Assembly: GCA_947630965.1 (NCBI GenBank)
Contig: CANRJO010000004.1
Span: forward strand, 3,143-67,142
Direction of reading: 5' to 3'
DNA from: an uncultured Alphaproteobacteria bacterium
GTDB lineage: Bacteria; Pseudomonadota; Alphaproteobacteria; RF32; CAG-239
Length of the DNA: 64,000 nucleotides
Below, one piece after another: positions 27,912-37,538 of this stretch (within the stretch, counting starts at the first letter, position 1; the number at the start of each line of letters is the position of its first letter). Position numbers and translations under genes: made by a program. The notes under the pieces were generated by a model that searched no databases, was not told the origin of the DNA, and saw only the letters and a program-made list of their open reading frames with translations.

Positions 27912-29534
27912 CTAAATCTTTGTCCGAGTTTCAGGTAACAACGGCGATTCTAAAACCACCGGTGTTAACAAAATAACCAAAATTGAACGTGTTTTTTCGG
28001 CTTGAGCTGTACCACCTAAAACAGAGGCGTCTACGGAGCCCACACCTGTCTTATTCGCCGAGTTTTCAACACGCTCATAGCCACTTAACACCAAAGTTTC
28101 ACCGGAGGTCATAGCCACCTCTTGGGTAAAGCCACGTGTTTCGATAATCGGGTTTTGAATATATTGACCGCTGTTCGGATTATCCGGATCATTTGATCCG
28201 CCCAAATCCACACGTTCCAAAGCAATCAAATCCGAAAGCGTTAAGTTAAACAGCATCATCAAACGACCATGTTCCAAAATACGCGGCAAAATATCAAGTG
28301 TGAAACCGGTTTCAATCTCTTCTGTTTCTGTTGAAAGATCATAATAAGAACCGTCACTTCCCGAGTTTGTTTTTGTAATTTCGGAAATATAGTTTTGCGT
28401 TTGAATAACTTGAATAGGCGCAGGCTTATTGTTTAAAGTTGTGACCGTGCCGCTTGTAACCAAGTTTGTTGTGCCTTGTTCAGAAAGCGCTTGGAAAACA
28501 GAGTTAAAAGACCATCCGCCTGAAACAATGTTCATAGCAAGCGTATTCGGCACTTCGGCGCCCAATCCGCCGGCGCCGGCAACGCCCACGCTCCGAACGG
28601 CGTTTTCCGTACTGGAAAAGGCTGCGTTTAAGTCTAAGCCGTAACTATCACTATCTGTAATATTAACCTGCAAAACTTTAACACTAATGGCCACTTGGCG
28701 TGACAAACGAATATTTTGCTCATTCACAAACTTGGCAACTTTACGAATATCCATCGGCGTACCGGTTAAAACAATGGTACCGTTAGATTGATCTGTTGTG
28801 AGCGTTGCGCCTTTACTGATCATATTTTTGATGGAAGATTCAATGTTCGTCCACAAATCAATATTAGCGCTATTGGTTAATGAAACAGAAGATGAACCGG
28901 CGCTACCTTCTGTTGAAGATCCGCCAACGTTAACCGAAAGTGATGGCTTTGTCGGCAAGGAATAAAACACGAAGGTTTTTGTAATATACTTATAAAATGT
29001 AATCTGCTTCTTTTCATATTTCCACCAAATACCAAAACGGTTAGAAACCTCATCAAGCAAACCGCTCAAAGGACCTTTGTAAGAGAGTAACATTTTGGTA
29101 CTATCCGTCCACTGTGCGCCAACGGTTTCAATACTGGGTTGGTTATCATCGGCAAGCTTGGAAGCGTCAACATCCAAGTCATTTTCGTAGCGCACGGAAA
29201 GCGATGTGATTTTATTAATCATATCACCAATTTCGTAAAGGGTGATCGGACGATTGCTGATAAGCGTCACGCCGTCAGGTGCTTCCAAATAGCTTGGTAA
29301 GGGCTGACCTTCATATTCAACCTCGCTTGTGTCGCCAAGCCAAATATCATCCTTAACGCGCACCACATCAACCGGTGCAGGCGGAGTAGGTACTTTAGCC
29401 TCTTCTTTCAAGCGCACGGTATTTTCAACCTCGCGCTCAAGTGTCGAGTCCAAATCTGTTGAAACGGAGCAGGCCGCCAACAAACCGATAGCAGCAACGC
29501 CGAAGATATTTCCGACAGAATTAATCAAACGCAT
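27912..29534 (-). CDS. Secretin lipoprotein (GspD/PilQ superfamily; TcpC/BfpB/R64-PilN-like)
   Basis: Start chosen at Met MRLINSVGNIFGVAAIGLLAAC (lipobox LAAC). C-terminal secretin domain (VILLTPVV, GSVDASVLGGTA...). Confidence 0.8.
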   Translation of the reverse strand: MRLINSVGNIFGVAAIGLLAACSVSTDLDSTLEREVENTVRLKEEAKVPTPPAPVDVVRVKDDIWLGDTSEVEYEGQPLPSYLEAPDGVTLISNRPITLYEIGDMINKITSLSVRYENDLDVDASKLADDNQPSIETVGAQWTDSTKMLLSYKGPLSGLLDEVSNRFGIWWKYEKKQITFYKYITKTFVFYSLPTKPSLSVNVGGSSTEGSAGSSSVSLTNSANIDLWTNIESSIKNMISKGATLTTDQSNGTIVLTGTPMDIRKVAKFVNEQNIRLSRQVAISVKVLQVNITDSDSYGLDLNAAFSSTENAVRSVGVAGAGGLGAEVPNTLAMNIVSGGWSFNSVFQALSEQGTTNLVTSGTVTTLNNKPAPIQVIQTQNYISEITKTNSGSDGSYYDLSTETEEIETGFTLDILPRILEHGRLMMLFNLTLSDLIALERVDLGGSNDPDNPNSGQYIQNPIIETRGFTQEVAMTSGETLVLSGYERVENSANKTGVGSVDASVLGGTAQAEKTRSILVILLTPVVLESPLLPETRTKI

Positions 29535-30507
29535 TTTCGTCCTCCATTGTTTCAACAACCAAAACTCTGTTACCATTATAAAAAGTAGCAATCGGCGCAG
29601 GTCTTGCGCGAGCAAAAGCTCTGATAAGCGCGGAGCTCACATCAGCAAAACGACCGCGGAAAATAGCACCGGCGCTCAAAACATAATTACGGTTTGTGTT
29701 CCAAACCAATCGCCAACCAGATTCTTGACTCCATTGTGTCAGCAAAGCTTTCAAATTTTGTCCCTCGTCGGCAAACCAGTCACGTACAGGGTCATCCACA
29801 GGAGCGGAATAGGGCTCATCTTCAACATAAACTTCTTCCCTCTCATATCTGTTCCTGTCATATCTGCCTCTGGTTCTTTCTCTATCATATCTGTCCATAA
29901 CAACGCAATCTTCGCCACCCTCTTCTTCAATGCACTCGTCTTCAAAAACCAAATCCACATCTGTTCCCGCGGCAGGTGCTCTAGAGCCTGATCCCTTTCT
30001 GGCGGAATGCTTGCGAGCAGGGCGCGCGCGTACTTTCTTGGATGTGTCTTTCTTAACCTCACGAGCCGGATGGTATGAATCATCTTCCGCAGCGTTAGCC
30101 ATTAAAGCGGCATCGTCAGAGACTTGCTCTTGATAAACAACAATCTCATCTTCAATTGACGGGGGAATAGATGCCGAAATGTTGTTACCTGCTGCGGCTT
30201 GAGAAATTCTTTGATCTCTCGGTGTGCGCTCACCAAAACGTCTGAAGTCAGCGGGCGTGCGCGTAAAATTCACAAAAGGATCTGTAGCGCAGAGGCTCGG
30301 ATCGCCGCTTTCTTGGCATATTTCGGGAAGCGCTGCCGGCTCATAGGGTTCTTCAACCATATCAGCCGTATAATATTCATCGCTGCAGTTTGGACCGAAG
30401 CACTCATTATTGCCATAGCGCGAATTAATCCATGAACAGCCTGAAAGGCTAATCAGACAAAGCGCTAAAACCAATTTATTGTTCATATTTATTCCCCTGT
30501 TATACAT
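29521..30507 (-). CDS. Lipoprotein with C-terminal TcpQ/PilL-like domain (also the DotD family fold)
   Basis: Signal plus lipobox LISLSGC; C-terminal LTQWSQESGWRLVWNTNRNYVLSAGAIFRGRFADVSSAL resembles the TcpQ domain; acidic/basic low-complexity middle. Confidence 0.6.
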   Translation of the reverse strand: MYNRGINMNNKLVLALCLISLSGCSWINSRYGNNECFGPNCSDEYYTADMVEEPYEPAALPEICQESGDPSLCATDPFVNFTRTPADFRRFGERTPRDQRISQAAAGNNISASIPPSIEDEIVVYQEQVSDDAALMANAAEDDSYHPAREVKKDTSKKVRARPARKHSARKGSGSRAPAAGTDVDLVFEDECIEEEGGEDCVVMDRYDRERTRGRYDRNRYEREEVYVEDEPYSAPVDDPVRDWFADEGQNLKALLTQWSQESGWRLVWNTNRNYVLSAGAIFRGRFADVSSALIRAFARARPAPIATFYNGNRVLVVETMEDENAFD

Positions 30508-30573
30508 AAATTTTTAACTATCATACATTTCTCAAAACTAACAATCAAGCACAACAAAAAACTTATTACCAGT

Positions 30574-32091
30574 TTAATAATATGTTCTTGGAGGTGCCAC
30601 AGAAGAACTTTTTGTACGCTTATTTTGCTGTTCCTGCTTAAAGCGGATATTGCGGATAATAAGCGAGTTAGGTTCTCTTGTGGTTGCAATCACGTTTATT
30701 TTTCTGAAATCCACACCGCGATCGGCAAAAATCTTGGAAAGAAGCTTTAAGCGCTTCTTTTGTAGATTAATTGAGCCGTTCGTATCTACGCGAACTTCCA
30801 AAAAAACATCATCATGATCGCGGGCATTGTCCGCAAAGGCACGTATCCATTGCAAAGATTGCCCTGAAATTTCCGCCCGATTGGGCTGAAATGAAAGTCT
30901 TAACTCAGCCGGCATAATAGCATTTTCTTGCGCGGCAAGAGGAGGTGGCACAACTTGTCCTTTCCGGCGCCGTCCTTGGCTTGGCGGCTGAACAAGCGCA
31001 GTGGCGGAATTTCCGTCAGAATTTTCGCTTGTTTTATCATCGTTTTCTTTTTTGCTAAACCATGAAGTAATGCTTTTGAACAGCCCACTGTCTTTATCTT
31101 CTTCACTCATCTCGTTATCTTCAGGTTCAGGCGCCGTGGGTGTACCGTCAATTTTTTCCTCATGGGGCGAGTAAGAAAGCTGCGGTGTCAAATCAGCATC
31201 ATTCATAATTTCGTCCGGAATGGGAATAAGTAAATTTTGAATCATTTTATATGCTGTTTGGCTTGATTCATCAGGTTTTTGCAAAAGCTTGGGCTTAAAA
31301 GTTTCTTCAATTTGAGCAAGCTCCTCATCGGGCAGCTCTTCAAGATGAACCTCTTCTTCAGGCTCGGGCTCTAAATCTTGCTTCGAATCTTGTTCAGGTT
31401 CAGGCTCGGTTTCATCTTTCGGCTCGGGTGTAACCACAGGCTCGAACTCAGCAAAAGTTTCAACTGCGAGTTGATTTTTGGCATATCTGTTGGCGCTTGC
31501 AACAACCCAAGGTGTTTCTTGGTCGGCATCAGCTTCTTCAAGGGCTTTTGTTTGAGCAGCCAAACTTAGGTCATTATCTTCCACTAAATTGCTGTGATAA
31601 ACAGGTTTTGAAAGAAAATTAAGCGGTGTCAGCGCGGCAAAATCAGCGCTTTGAATGCTCTGATGTGTCACGGGCTCGCCTTGCTCAAGCGGAATAATTT
31701 CTTCATCGTCAGGCTCACCCTCATAAACAATCTTGCTATCTGTCGGGGTAGTGTCTTCCAAAACAATCGCATGTGCTTGCGCTAATTCTGTGGCTGTATT
31801 CGCCGGCGGGGGAGGCAGAAGGCTTTCGGAAGCTTCTTGAAAGGTAATTTCAGGTGTTTGGGCTTCATCTTGCGCCGTTATCGGGGCGGGTTCAGAAACA
31901 GCGTCAAAAGTTTTTTTCTTTGTTTCAATAGGCTCTGAGAACAAAGAAATATCAGGAGTTTCAATATATTTTGGAGCGGGATTTTTGAATATGTTTTGAG
32001 GCGAATGGAGCACAAATTTATCGGCGCACACAATGGCAAGCATCGATAAAATAAAGCTACAAACAAAATTTTGAATGCCGTTTTTTTGCAT
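30574..32091 (-). CDS. Signal-anchored Pro/Glu-rich protein with a putative degenerate OmpA/MotB-like C-terminal domain; first gene of the pilus operon
   Basis: 505 aa; N-terminal hydrophobic segment, long acidic PE-rich linker (EPEPEQDSKQDLEPEPEEE), C-terminal ...VFLEVRVDTNGSINLQKKRLKLLSKIFADRGV. Confidence 0.4.
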   Translation of the reverse strand: MQKNGIQNFVCSFILSMLAIVCADKFVLHSPQNIFKNPAPKYIETPDISLFSEPIETKKKTFDAVSEPAPITAQDEAQTPEITFQEASESLLPPPPANTATELAQAHAIVLEDTTPTDSKIVYEGEPDDEEIIPLEQGEPVTHQSIQSADFAALTPLNFLSKPVYHSNLVEDNDLSLAAQTKALEEADADQETPWVVASANRYAKNQLAVETFAEFEPVVTPEPKDETEPEPEQDSKQDLEPEPEEEVHLEELPDEELAQIEETFKPKLLQKPDESSQTAYKMIQNLLIPIPDEIMNDADLTPQLSYSPHEEKIDGTPTAPEPEDNEMSEEDKDSGLFKSITSWFSKKENDDKTSENSDGNSATALVQPPSQGRRRKGQVVPPPLAAQENAIMPAELRLSFQPNRAEISGQSLQWIRAFADNARDHDDVFLEVRVDTNGSINLQKKRLKLLSKIFADRGVDFRKINVIATTREPNSLIIRNIRFKQEQQNKRTKSSSVAPPRTYY

Positions 32092-32503
32092 TTTGCCCCT
32101 GTTTTGAATCTCCCCAAAACCGCACGCTTAAAGGGGTTTAAGCGCTTATAAAGAAGAAATACTAAAAAGCCTGACTCTCGTCAATGCCTTTTTTGGTTTA
32201 TGTTTGAAGAACCTGTCGAAAATGAGTCTGAGCGAGTCAAAGGCGATTCAAAGGCTTGTGCATAACTTTTTTAAGAAACGTTTTTTTAATCTTTTACTTC
32301 GAATCGAAGGTGATGTTCTAAAGTTCACAAATCATAAAAAGCGGTTATTAACGCATTATTCATAAAAAGAGTGTATCTTTAAAAAAGAACACCTTTTTTC
32401 GGACAAACTCATAAAAGACTAAATGGCGAAAAGGGGATAAAAAAGGAATAAATCTTGAAGAACGCAACTTTGCGACTTTATGATTAAGGCAAAAGGAAAC
32501 GAA

Positions 32504-32794
32504 ATGAGAGATATGATCTTAAAAGCCGTTGCCCAGCCGCCCAAAATTTTTTGGGGGCCCGTGTTGCCTGTTGCGTTAAACGCTGGTTTACAGTTTCCGT
32601 TTATGTTTATGATGATTGGTATCGGCGATGTCAACCCATTGTTTTTTGTGGTCAGCATTATTTTAGTCCATACAGGCATTGTCCTTTATGGCACGCGAGA
32701 ACCGCATCTTTCGGCGATGATTCAGGCGTTTGGTCAAACAAACGTAGTCTCGCATAACCTTTATTCAGAGAGGGGGAATAAATTTGAGCCCTGA
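32504..32794 (+). CDS. virB3: Type IV secretion system protein VirB3
   Basis: ~97 aa, two hydrophobic segments; RBS AAAGGAA before ATG 32504; overlaps virB4. Confidence 0.65.
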   Translation: MRDMILKAVAQPPKIFWGPVLPVALNAGLQFPFMFMMIGIGDVNPLFFVVSIILVHTGIVLYGTREPHLSAMIQAFGQTNVVSHNLYSERGNKFEP

Positions 32795-35219
32795 TTTTGA
32801 TTTTTTCAGCTTATTTGCACAAGGTTTAAGCAATGTTGAAGTCATGGTTGCCGTCATCGGTATCATTTCCGCGGCGGCATTTGGCGTCTTGTTAGCCACG
32901 CGTTTTGGTAACTGGATTTTACCGCAACCGCGTGAATCTCGCGTGTCAGACTTTTTGCCTTTTGCGCGTTTAATGGAAGATGGTGTCACCATTCGTTGCA
33001 GCAATGGCTCATACGCGCGTGTTTTCCGCATCAACGGCATAGACCTTTCTTCCGCAACTGAAGAAAAAACTTATTCGATGATGGAAGCGCGCAAAGCCTG
33101 GATAGATAATATGTCCGAGCTCCAGATTGTTTGCCGCGTGATAACACTGCGTGATCTGACAGCATTGGAAAAAGCAGAAGGCGAGTTTAACAACGAAATT
33201 TTGGAAAAAGTTTCCGAAATTTGGTATGAAAATATGACTCGCATTTATACCAACACACATTATATTGTTATTTCTGTGGCGGATCGGAAAGACGCCATCA
33301 AAGACCTTAACTATGCCTCACAAAGTCTTGTTGCCACATTAACCGAGTATGGCGTTGCTCAAATGTACGAGGCGCCCGACAGTCCCGCAACCGATAGCCC
33401 GCTTTATCTTTTTAGCCGGCTTGTGAGCCCCATTTCTAAGCCTGAGCCCAAAATCCGAAACGCCCAAAATGCCGAACTCAATGAAATGTTAACAGCTGAT
33501 CACATACATTTCACCCGCGAACAAGGCATCATTCGGTTTTTCTCGGGCGATAAAGAAAAGTATGAAATTGCCATGGGCATTCGCACCACAGGTGATTATA
33601 TGGATGAGAATATGATTATGTCGCTTTTATCCATAGATTCAGAGCTTGTCTTGTTGCATAACATTCGCCCCATATTCAAGCCTCAAGCACGAATGATGCT
33701 TATTCAGCAACAGCGTATGGCTGTTTTAACAAGTTTTTCGCCGGAAGTTGTCAATCAATATTCCCAAGCGTTAGGAACCATTGAAGATTCAGACGCTGAT
33801 TATCAAGCTTTAACAGAATATGCCATGACGGTTTTAATCCGCGGTGAAACAAAAGAGGAGCTTGACTTTGGTGAATCTGAAGTTCAGCGTATTTGTCGTT
33901 CATTTGGTGTCACGCCAGTGCGTGAAGGTTGGGTGGCACAAGCCACATTTTTCAGCCAATTCCCAACTTATGACACTTACCCCCGGACATACCGCTATTT
34001 ATCGCGTGTTGTAGCCATGGCGGTGTGCTTTGATAAGCCTGCGGAAGGTTTTGGAAAGTCTGACTGGGGGCCGGGCGCCATTACGGTTTTCCGGACCATG
34101 TCGGGTTCGGCTTATCGGTTCCAATTCCACGTTTCTGCTGAAGAATCAGCTGTGGCGCACTGTTGCATTATTGGTCCAACCGGACAAGGTAAAACAACAT
34201 TGCTCACATTCTTGGCAGGGCAGGCAATGCGCCATTCTGATTTAAAAGTGTTCTTCTTTGACCGTCACCGCGGTGCTGAGATTTTTACCCGTGCCATTGG
34301 CGGTGCATACGTTGGTTTTGACGGCGATAATAAAAATGTTTCCTTAAATCCGTTTGATGCCGATAACACACCGAATAATCGCGCCTTTTTGCGCCGTTGG
34401 ATGAAGGCCATTACCCTGGCAGATGATGCGCTTTCCGAGCGTGAAATTGCTCGCGCGGTCACCACCGCGTTTGATTACTTGCGTCCTGAAGAGCGCGTGA
34501 TGAAAAACCTTTACAAAAGCTGTTTCTCGCCAACAGGAACGATGCGCCGCGAACTTTACAGGTGGATAAACCCTGATCAATATGGCAACATCTTTAACGC
34601 CGATACAGATAGTTTGGACTTAAAAGCCAAGCGCTTTATGGCATTTGACTTCACGCACATTTTTGAAGATGAAACCTTGGCGCCGGCGGTCATCAGCTAC
34701 ATCATGCACCGCATTCAATCTGAAACCGGCGAAACAGGTGTGCCGTCTCTGATTATGATTGATGAAACGGCGCCGATGCTCAAACACCCAATGTTTAGAG
34801 ATTACTTCATTATTGGTTTGCAGGAAGGTCGTAAAAAGCGCCAAGCATATTTGTGCGCGTTTCAACAGCCAAACATTATTGATAAACTTGGCGTTGGTGA
34901 GGTCATTCGTGGTCAATGCCAAACAATCATTTTCTTTAGAAACCCGCAAGCCATGCCTGAGGATTACGCCACATGGAACTTAACACAAGCGGAGTTGGAT
35001 TTTGTATTTGGTAAAACTTACCGCGAATTTCCGTATGCCATTTTGCTTTCGCGTCCGGCAACGGGTGAATCGGTTATTTTAGACGTTAATTTAGGCGCCT
35101 TAGGACCATACCTCAAGCTTTACAACTCAGGCCGGAAGAACGTTTTGCTTGTTGAACAACTCATTAAAGAATACGGCGAAGAAAACTTTGTTACAAAATA
35201 TTTAAATATTGGCGAGTAG
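32784..35219 (+). CDS. virB4: Type IV secretion system ATPase VirB4 (TTG start)
   Basis: 811 aa; Walker A CIIGPTGQGKTT, Walker B LIMIDETAP; RBS AGGGGGAA upstream. Confidence 0.9.
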   Translation: MSPDFDFFSLFAQGLSNVEVMVAVIGIISAAAFGVLLATRFGNWILPQPRESRVSDFLPFARLMEDGVTIRCSNGSYARVFRINGIDLSSATEEKTYSMMEARKAWIDNMSELQIVCRVITLRDLTALEKAEGEFNNEILEKVSEIWYENMTRIYTNTHYIVISVADRKDAIKDLNYASQSLVATLTEYGVAQMYEAPDSPATDSPLYLFSRLVSPISKPEPKIRNAQNAELNEMLTADHIHFTREQGIIRFFSGDKEKYEIAMGIRTTGDYMDENMIMSLLSIDSELVLLHNIRPIFKPQARMMLIQQQRMAVLTSFSPEVVNQYSQALGTIEDSDADYQALTEYAMTVLIRGETKEELDFGESEVQRICRSFGVTPVREGWVAQATFFSQFPTYDTYPRTYRYLSRVVAMAVCFDKPAEGFGKSDWGPGAITVFRTMSGSAYRFQFHVSAEESAVAHCCIIGPTGQGKTTLLTFLAGQAMRHSDLKVFFFDRHRGAEIFTRAIGGAYVGFDGDNKNVSLNPFDADNTPNNRAFLRRWMKAITLADDALSEREIARAVTTAFDYLRPEERVMKNLYKSCFSPTGTMRRELYRWINPDQYGNIFNADTDSLDLKAKRFMAFDFTHIFEDETLAPAVISYIMHRIQSETGETGVPSLIMIDETAPMLKHPMFRDYFIIGLQEGRKKRQAYLCAFQQPNIIDKLGVGEVIRGQCQTIIFFRNPQAMPEDYATWNLTQAELDFVFGKTYREFPYAILLSRPATGESVILDVNLGALGPYLKLYNSGRKNVLLVEQLIKEYGEENFVTKYLNIGE

Positions 35220-35295
35220 GTCAAATTTTATTTTGTTGTTAACTATTTTTATGTTAAAATACTTTTTATGAATGGACTGATAGACGGAGGTCGGT

Positions 35296-36843
35296 ATGAA
35301 AAAATCCCTCATTTTAAAGCTTTTTCTCTTTGGGACCATGGTTTTACCTGCGCATTCTTCATTTGCGCAATGGCCCACACTTGATATAACGGCAATTAAA
35401 ACAATGATCAGCAGCAATAGTGAGGAAATTGAACAAACCGCTCAAACTGCTGAAAAAACAATGTTAGAGGCTGAAAACTTGGCAGCCACAGGTGCGCCGT
35501 CCAAAACGCTCATTCTTGAAGATGCTAAAGAAAAAGCGGAAAAAGCCAAAGAAAAAGCAGAACGTGTTCGAAAAAGATTAGAATGGTTGCAAAAGAAAAA
35601 AGAGCAATATGAAAAGCTAAAAGAGCGTAAGGAAAAAACGCAAATGTTCATAGAGCAAGGTAAAGATCTGTATTTATCCGGCAAACAAGCTTTTGAGCAA
35701 GGCGAAGAACTTTTTGATGATATCGAAGATAGTGGTTGGGAGGGAGCTACCCAAACAGGTCAAGAAAACTTAAATTACGGGCAACAAACACCTGATTCGG
35801 AAAAAGAGATTCCAAATAACAACACCGAAGAAAAACCACAACAAAATACTCAACCGCAAACACCGCAGAATCAGAGACAAACTCCGTCTGCGCCTTCCAA
35901 CAACAATACAGCCCCCTCATATAGTTCGGGGGGAGATAGTGCTTATTTTCCGGGAAGTTCAGTAGAGCTTCCGCCTGAAAACGAAGAATTTTCTGAAGGG
36001 ACATGGAATATAGAAGGGGAAGAACCGCCTGCGGTCACAAACGGTCAATCTGAAGAGGAAAGTGAAGATAGCGTAGAAGAAAATGAGCAAACGGAAGAAG
36101 CCCTTGAAGGCTCGGAAGATGAGCAAAACTCGGAAGGTGTAGGCGATGAAGCCTCTTCTGACGAACCACAGCGCCGTGCTTTCCGCAAGCCTTCTGAAGA
36201 AGAAAACCAGACCGAAGAGCCCTCATCTGAAACACCAGGTGAAGATCAGCCTCAAGAGCCTTCTTCTGAAACACCAGGTGAAGAAAGCGAAGAACCCTCG
36301 CCTGCAACACAAACAAGCGCTGTTGAAAAAATATACTTCCAAAACCAGATGGCATTCGCTCAAGAGGGCTGCTCGGAATATAAAACAGGGAGTGATGAAG
36401 AAGGAACTTTTATTTTTTCAGACATCATTGCCAACAAATGCTGTATGGGTTTGGAAGATTTAAATGAGGAATCTATTCAAGAGTGCATCAGAACTTGGGT
36501 ATTTGCCATGAATGATCCTGATGCCTCCGATGCCGATGAAGCAAAGAATGAGTATGATAAAGCCTTGCACGATCATATTTCGGCAGATGCTGTAAAATCG
36601 CTTGATGGTGTGGCTTACGCAGCTTCCTTTAAAAAAGATATAGCAGAAGAACTCCGCAAAAAATCGGAGATAACAACCTCCATCCGTGATGAAGAGGGAT
36701 TTATGGGCAAGCTTATGCAAACAAATGTTGATATGATGATGCATTTGTTGGAAATAAACGCCTCTGATTTAACTTATGATTCTTTAAAAGAAGTAAAAAT
36801 TCTGACAAAAGAATATTACGATGAAAACGAGGAAGAAAAATGA
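35296..36843 (+). CDS. Secreted highly acidic protein with a coiled-coil N-region, (E/P/S/T)-rich repeats and a Cys-containing C-terminal domain; T4SS-associated
   Basis: 515 aa; signal peptide (AHSSFA); tandem EPSSETPGE repeats; occupies the virB5/virB6 slot. Confidence 0.5.
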   Translation: MKKSLILKLFLFGTMVLPAHSSFAQWPTLDITAIKTMISSNSEEIEQTAQTAEKTMLEAENLAATGAPSKTLILEDAKEKAEKAKEKAERVRKRLEWLQKKKEQYEKLKERKEKTQMFIEQGKDLYLSGKQAFEQGEELFDDIEDSGWEGATQTGQENLNYGQQTPDSEKEIPNNNTEEKPQQNTQPQTPQNQRQTPSAPSNNNTAPSYSSGGDSAYFPGSSVELPPENEEFSEGTWNIEGEEPPAVTNGQSEEESEDSVEENEQTEEALEGSEDEQNSEGVGDEASSDEPQRRAFRKPSEEENQTEEPSSETPGEDQPQEPSSETPGEESEEPSPATQTSAVEKIYFQNQMAFAQEGCSEYKTGSDEEGTFIFSDIIANKCCMGLEDLNEESIQECIRTWVFAMNDPDASDADEAKNEYDKALHDHISADAVKSLDGVAYAASFKKDIAEELRKKSEITTSIRDEEGFMGKLMQTNVDMMMHLLEINASDLTYDSLKEVKILTKEYYDENEEEK

Positions 36844-37538
36844 GAAAACTGGTTTACTTCTTGCTTTTTCTGTCATTGCCGTTTGCGCTCTATATTAAAT
36901 CGGCGCGCGCGGATATTGATATCATACGCAAAATTGTAGATATATACCGTGAAATTAATCAAGAAGCAGATACGGAAGAAACAATATTAGGCGCCAAGAT
37001 AGAACAAGGGAAAAAAGATATAGTAGGCTTTGATAAAAAGAATCTTGAAACAATTTATAAGAAAGCCCAAAAAGCAGCCGAACAAGCAAAACAGCTAATA
37101 ACTAATCCGTTTGGCACAGGTATAGAACTGGCTCAAACTTTACAAGGCAAATTAGAAACTGATAAAAACGCATCAGATGCAGATAAAGCAGATGCCGTGA
37201 AGGAAATGTATAGCCGAACAAAAGATTCAAGCATTGATGCCGCTGAGGAACAGCAAAAAGCCACCAATTTATTGCTTATTGCCAACACATCGAGTCTTTT
37301 TGCTAAAGCAATGGTTTTGCGTGTAAATTTAAATGAAGAAGAAACAGATATACCTACCCTTGAAACAAAAGAAGATGCCTTGCGGGCAACAACACAATCA
37401 CAGCTGAAAGATATGGAACGTTGGAATGAAATTTTGAAAATGCAAGCCTACATCAGCAATTTTAATAACTTCTTGGAAAACCAAAACTACGCATTGGATA
37501 ATGAAGAAGACGATGATGATAAGGAGGAAGAAAAATGA
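36840..37538 (+). CDS. Small secreted helical protein (232 aa), possible VirB5-like minor pilus/adhesin component
   Basis: Signal peptide (ALYIKSARA); predicted all-helical; size and position are VirB5-like; acidic C-terminus. Confidence 0.35.
   Translation: MRKLVYFLLFLSLPFALYIKSARADIDIIRKIVDIYREINQEADTEETILGAKIEQGKKDIVGFDKKNLETIYKKAQKAAEQAKQLITNPFGTGIELAQTLQGKLETDKNASDADKADAVKEMYSRTKDSSIDAAEEQQKATNLLLIANTSSLFAKAMVLRVNLNEEETDIPTLETKEDALRATTQSQLKDMERWNEILKMQAYISNFNNFLENQNYALDNEEDDDDKEEEK

Noticed and set aside
29535-29615. Longer N-terminal extension of the secretin (start at 29615)
   Set aside because: It would overlap the upstream lipoprotein gene by 95 bp. The internal Met at 29534 begins a lipoprotein signal (LLAAC lipobox) and overlaps the upstream stop in an ATG...TAA coupling arrangement.
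32100-32480. Possible virB2 pilin gene upstream of virB3
   Set aside because: The only small ORF I could translate there (~49 aa, MSLSESKAIQRLVHNFFKKRFF...) is hydrophilic and basic, unlike the two-helix hydrophobic VirB2. No call made, but small-ORF scanning should be repeated computationally.
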